Source of the DNA: Macrostomum lignano
Taxonomy: Eukaryota
Direction: 5' to 3'
DNA: 64,000 bases
Assembly: GCA_002269645.1 (NCBI GenBank)
Contig: NIVC01001200.1
Location: 248,001 to 312,000, forward strand
Shown here: positions 61,717 through 64,000 of the stretch, in pieces
Numbering within the stretch: position 1 is the first letter of the stretch
Layout of the letters: every line of letters starts with the position of its first letter
Position numbers and translations under genes: made by a program
Notes under the pieces: model-generated
What the model was told of the DNA's origin: nothing
Databases searched by the model: none
The model's input: the letters and a program-made list of their open reading frames with translations, nothing else

Positions 61717-62581
61717 TTCGGTCTCCAGATGCAATCATCATGAGAAAATCTGCTCGATAAACTTATGAGTGCTCCTCAGTTGTTTAATTTTTTTCGATTC
61801 CGGAGATCCAGAAGCTGAGATATTGTGAGTGCTGCACTAAAAGCTGAAAACTGAAAGTGTGTCGAAATGTTCTGCTGTAATTTAGATCCTTTAAAAAGTG
61901 CTCACCCCCTGAGCTGCCCGGGAAAAGCTCTCGGCTATTTTTGGAAACATTGAAGTCACCCTCCTTGAAAGCAGCATTTTTAACTCAAAGCTTGAGAAGC
62001 CGCGGTCAGCTGGCTTTCATTCAGCTCAAATTGCCTCAAAATGCCTCCCGAGTGCCGCCGGCAACGCCCGCGCTTCCCGGTCCGGGGAGGTGCAGCTGGA
62101 ATGCGGGGATATTTTTAGCCAGGCCGATTTGCTGAGCTCGACAGATGCTGGATGCGTCATCTCAGTTGCCGCTTCAGTGGGATTGCGTGCGATGCGGGAT
62201 TCGATCGTCGGACAGCGGGCACAGCGCACGGGTGAAGAAGTTCAAAGAAATGGAAATCAGGAAGCACAGGCAATTATCAGTAAATTAAGATTAAATTTCT
62301 GCTGTTAAAAGCAGCATGTCGGAGATAAATTGAGCTATTTAGCACAACACGTGCCGCGTGAATCTATAGAAGTACTGCCACAGAGGATCAGGGACTTCCT
62401 GGGTCCAGTATTTACAATAAGAATGGCCGAGCCAAAAAATTAAATAGCTACATGTAAATAGAGCTAGATTAGCAATCCAGGCTAGATTAATGAGCAACTA
62501 TGAATATCGTTAGCAATTCATGATTTGGGCCAGAGAATAGGACTAATTAGAACTAGAATTCAGTGACTGGGATTAGCATTT

Positions 62582-63176
62582 CATTCTTAGGATTAGCAGT
62601 CCATGACTGAATGATTAGCAGTCCATGACTGAATGATTAGCAGTCCATGACTGAATGATAAGCAGTGCATGACTGAATGATAAGCAGTGCATGACTGAAT
62701 GATTAGCAGTGCATGACTGAATGATTAGCAGTCCATGACTGAATGATTAGCAGTCCATGACTGAATGATTAGCAGTTCATGAGTGAATGATTAGCAGTCC
62801 ATGACTGAAGGATTAGCAGTCCATGACTGAATGATTAGCAGTGCATGACTGAATGATTAGCAGTCCATGACTTAATGATTAGCAGTCCATGACTTAATGA
62901 TTAGCAGTCCATGACTGAATGATTAGCAGTCCATGATTGAATGATTAGCAGTCCATGACTGAATGATTAGCAGTTCATGAGTGAATGATAAGCAGTCCGT
63001 GACTGAATGATTAGCAGTCCATGACTGAATGATTAGCAGTCCATGACTGAATGATTAGCAGTCCATGACTGAATGATTAGCAGTCCATGATTGAATGATT
63101 AGCAGTCCATGACTGAATGATTAGCAGTCCATGACTGAAGGATTAGCAGTCCATGATTGAATGATAAGCAGTCCAT
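62582..63176. repeat. 22-bp tandem repeat GATTAGCAGTCCATGACTGAAT in the putative Atg16 3' UTR
   Basis: About 27 copies starting ~20 nt downstream of the stop codon at 63198. Confidence 0.95.
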
Positions 63177-63197
63177 GGGCCAGACCGACAGCCAGGG

Positions 63198-64000
63198 CTA
63201 GCAGCCGTACTCCAGCTCAATCCAATCGATCCGCACCCGGCCGCTCCTGTCGCAGGTGGCCACCTGCAGCGGCTGGCATCGGCGGCTCTCAAAGCCGCCA
63301 TCGGGCCGCCAGGCAGCGGCCATCACGGAGGCGCTGTCGAGCGGGCGCCGGTGTAGCAGGCAGGCGGTGCGGCAGCTCCACACGTGCAGCCGGCCATCGG
63401 CCGAGCCGACAGCTGCGAGCCGCCCACACCGGCTGAGACCGCAGCGGCTGCCCGGCCGCAGGCGGAGCCCGTCGGCGCAGAGGTCGGCCAGCGGCCTGCC
63501 GGGCATCCGCGAGTCCAGCAGCAGCAGCTGCGCCTCCAGCCCAGCCAGCAGGCTGCACGACTGGCCCGGACAGGTGGCCAGACTGGCGGCCGGCCAGCCG
63601 CAGTCGGCCAGTTCGAGTGCCCGTCCGGCGGCCGACAGCCGGGCGTCATACAGGCGTACCCGGCCGTCCGAGTGGCTGGCGGCCAGCGTGGCCGGGTCGC
63701 CTGGCAGCGCGGCGAGGTCGGCGCAGGGTGCGGCACAGTCGATGGCGAGGCTGCACCGCGGCGGCGAGGAGGCGCCAAGGTCCCACAGGCAGATGAGCTG
63801 CCCGGCCGTGGCCACCTGGCTGGGGGGCGCGGAGAGGAACCTGCGAGGATGGATTGTGGGGGGTCAGTTGCTGCAGCTCCAGAGTGCTTTTGACGAGCCG
63901 AACTCGTACACTCCTCACCGGACAGCCGCAGCTCCGGGCTCGGCCAGGCGGGTGGGCAGCGGCCGGACCTCACCGCCATCGTCCACCGACCAGAGCCGAA
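63198..64000 (-). CDS. ATG16L: Divergent ATG16L-like WD40 protein, 3' part. Exons: >64000-63919 and 63840-63198
   Basis: Spliced RLWSVDD...AVR|FLSAPPSQVATAGQLICLWDL...PCADL...SHSDGRVRLYDAR...RALEL...LAAVGSADGRLHVWSCRT...SVMAAAWRPDG follows human ATG16L1 RIWTVDD...AKFLLDNARIVSG...LKLWDL...SCNDI...GHFDKKIRFWDIR...REMEL...VAAGSAEGSLYIWSVLT...SINAVAWSPSG collinearly. The 78-nt phase-2 intron is GT-AG. Confidence 0.75.

Noticed and set aside
58126-61768. Very long ORFs (1033, 632, 565, 465 aa)
   Set aside because: They are translations of the 45-49-bp minisatellite. Several frames on both strands are open, which is expected of a stop-poor repeat.
2558-64000. Functional clustering of trafficking and polarity genes (AP2M1, ATG16L, Dlg, CCDC88, PLEKHH)
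   Set aside because: Mixed orientations, long TE-filled spacers and no shared regulatory signal. It would need conserved synteny in other species to be meaningful.

Overview
Eukaryotic (metazoan) genomic DNA. GC-rich, Ala/Gln/Gly-run-rich exons, minisatellite-filled introns and AT-rich intergenic DNA suggest a free-living flatworm such as Macrostomum; this is inference only. Five protein-coding genes can be reconstructed by hand with GT-AG introns and consistent phases: (1) an intronless PLEKHH1/2 (MAX-1)-like PH-PH-MyTH4-FERM gene (-, 2558-7036); (2) a short CCDC88/Girdin-Daple-like Hook-domain coiled-coil gene (-, 12930-18926, first exon uncertain); (3) AP-2 mu subunit AP2M1 (-, 25802-27872); (4) Discs large DLG1 (+, ~37789-57515); (5) the 3' end of a divergent ATG16L-like WD40 gene (-, 63198 to window end). 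About 20 different tandem arrays sit mostly inside introns, often next to splice sites, and they explain all the long low-complexity ORFs. The AT-rich spacers instead hold non-autonomous DNA transposons with verifiable TIRs and TSDs, plus a decayed PHD-FLYWCH relic. The most interesting signal is inside Dlg: an in-phase alternative terminal exon with its own poly(A) signal, followed by a possible internal first exon. The locus might therefore be expressed as two complementary halves (L27-PDZ1-PDZ2 plus a basic tail, and PDZ3-SH3-GK) as well as full length. No CRISPR arrays, rRNA or complete tRNA genes were found.
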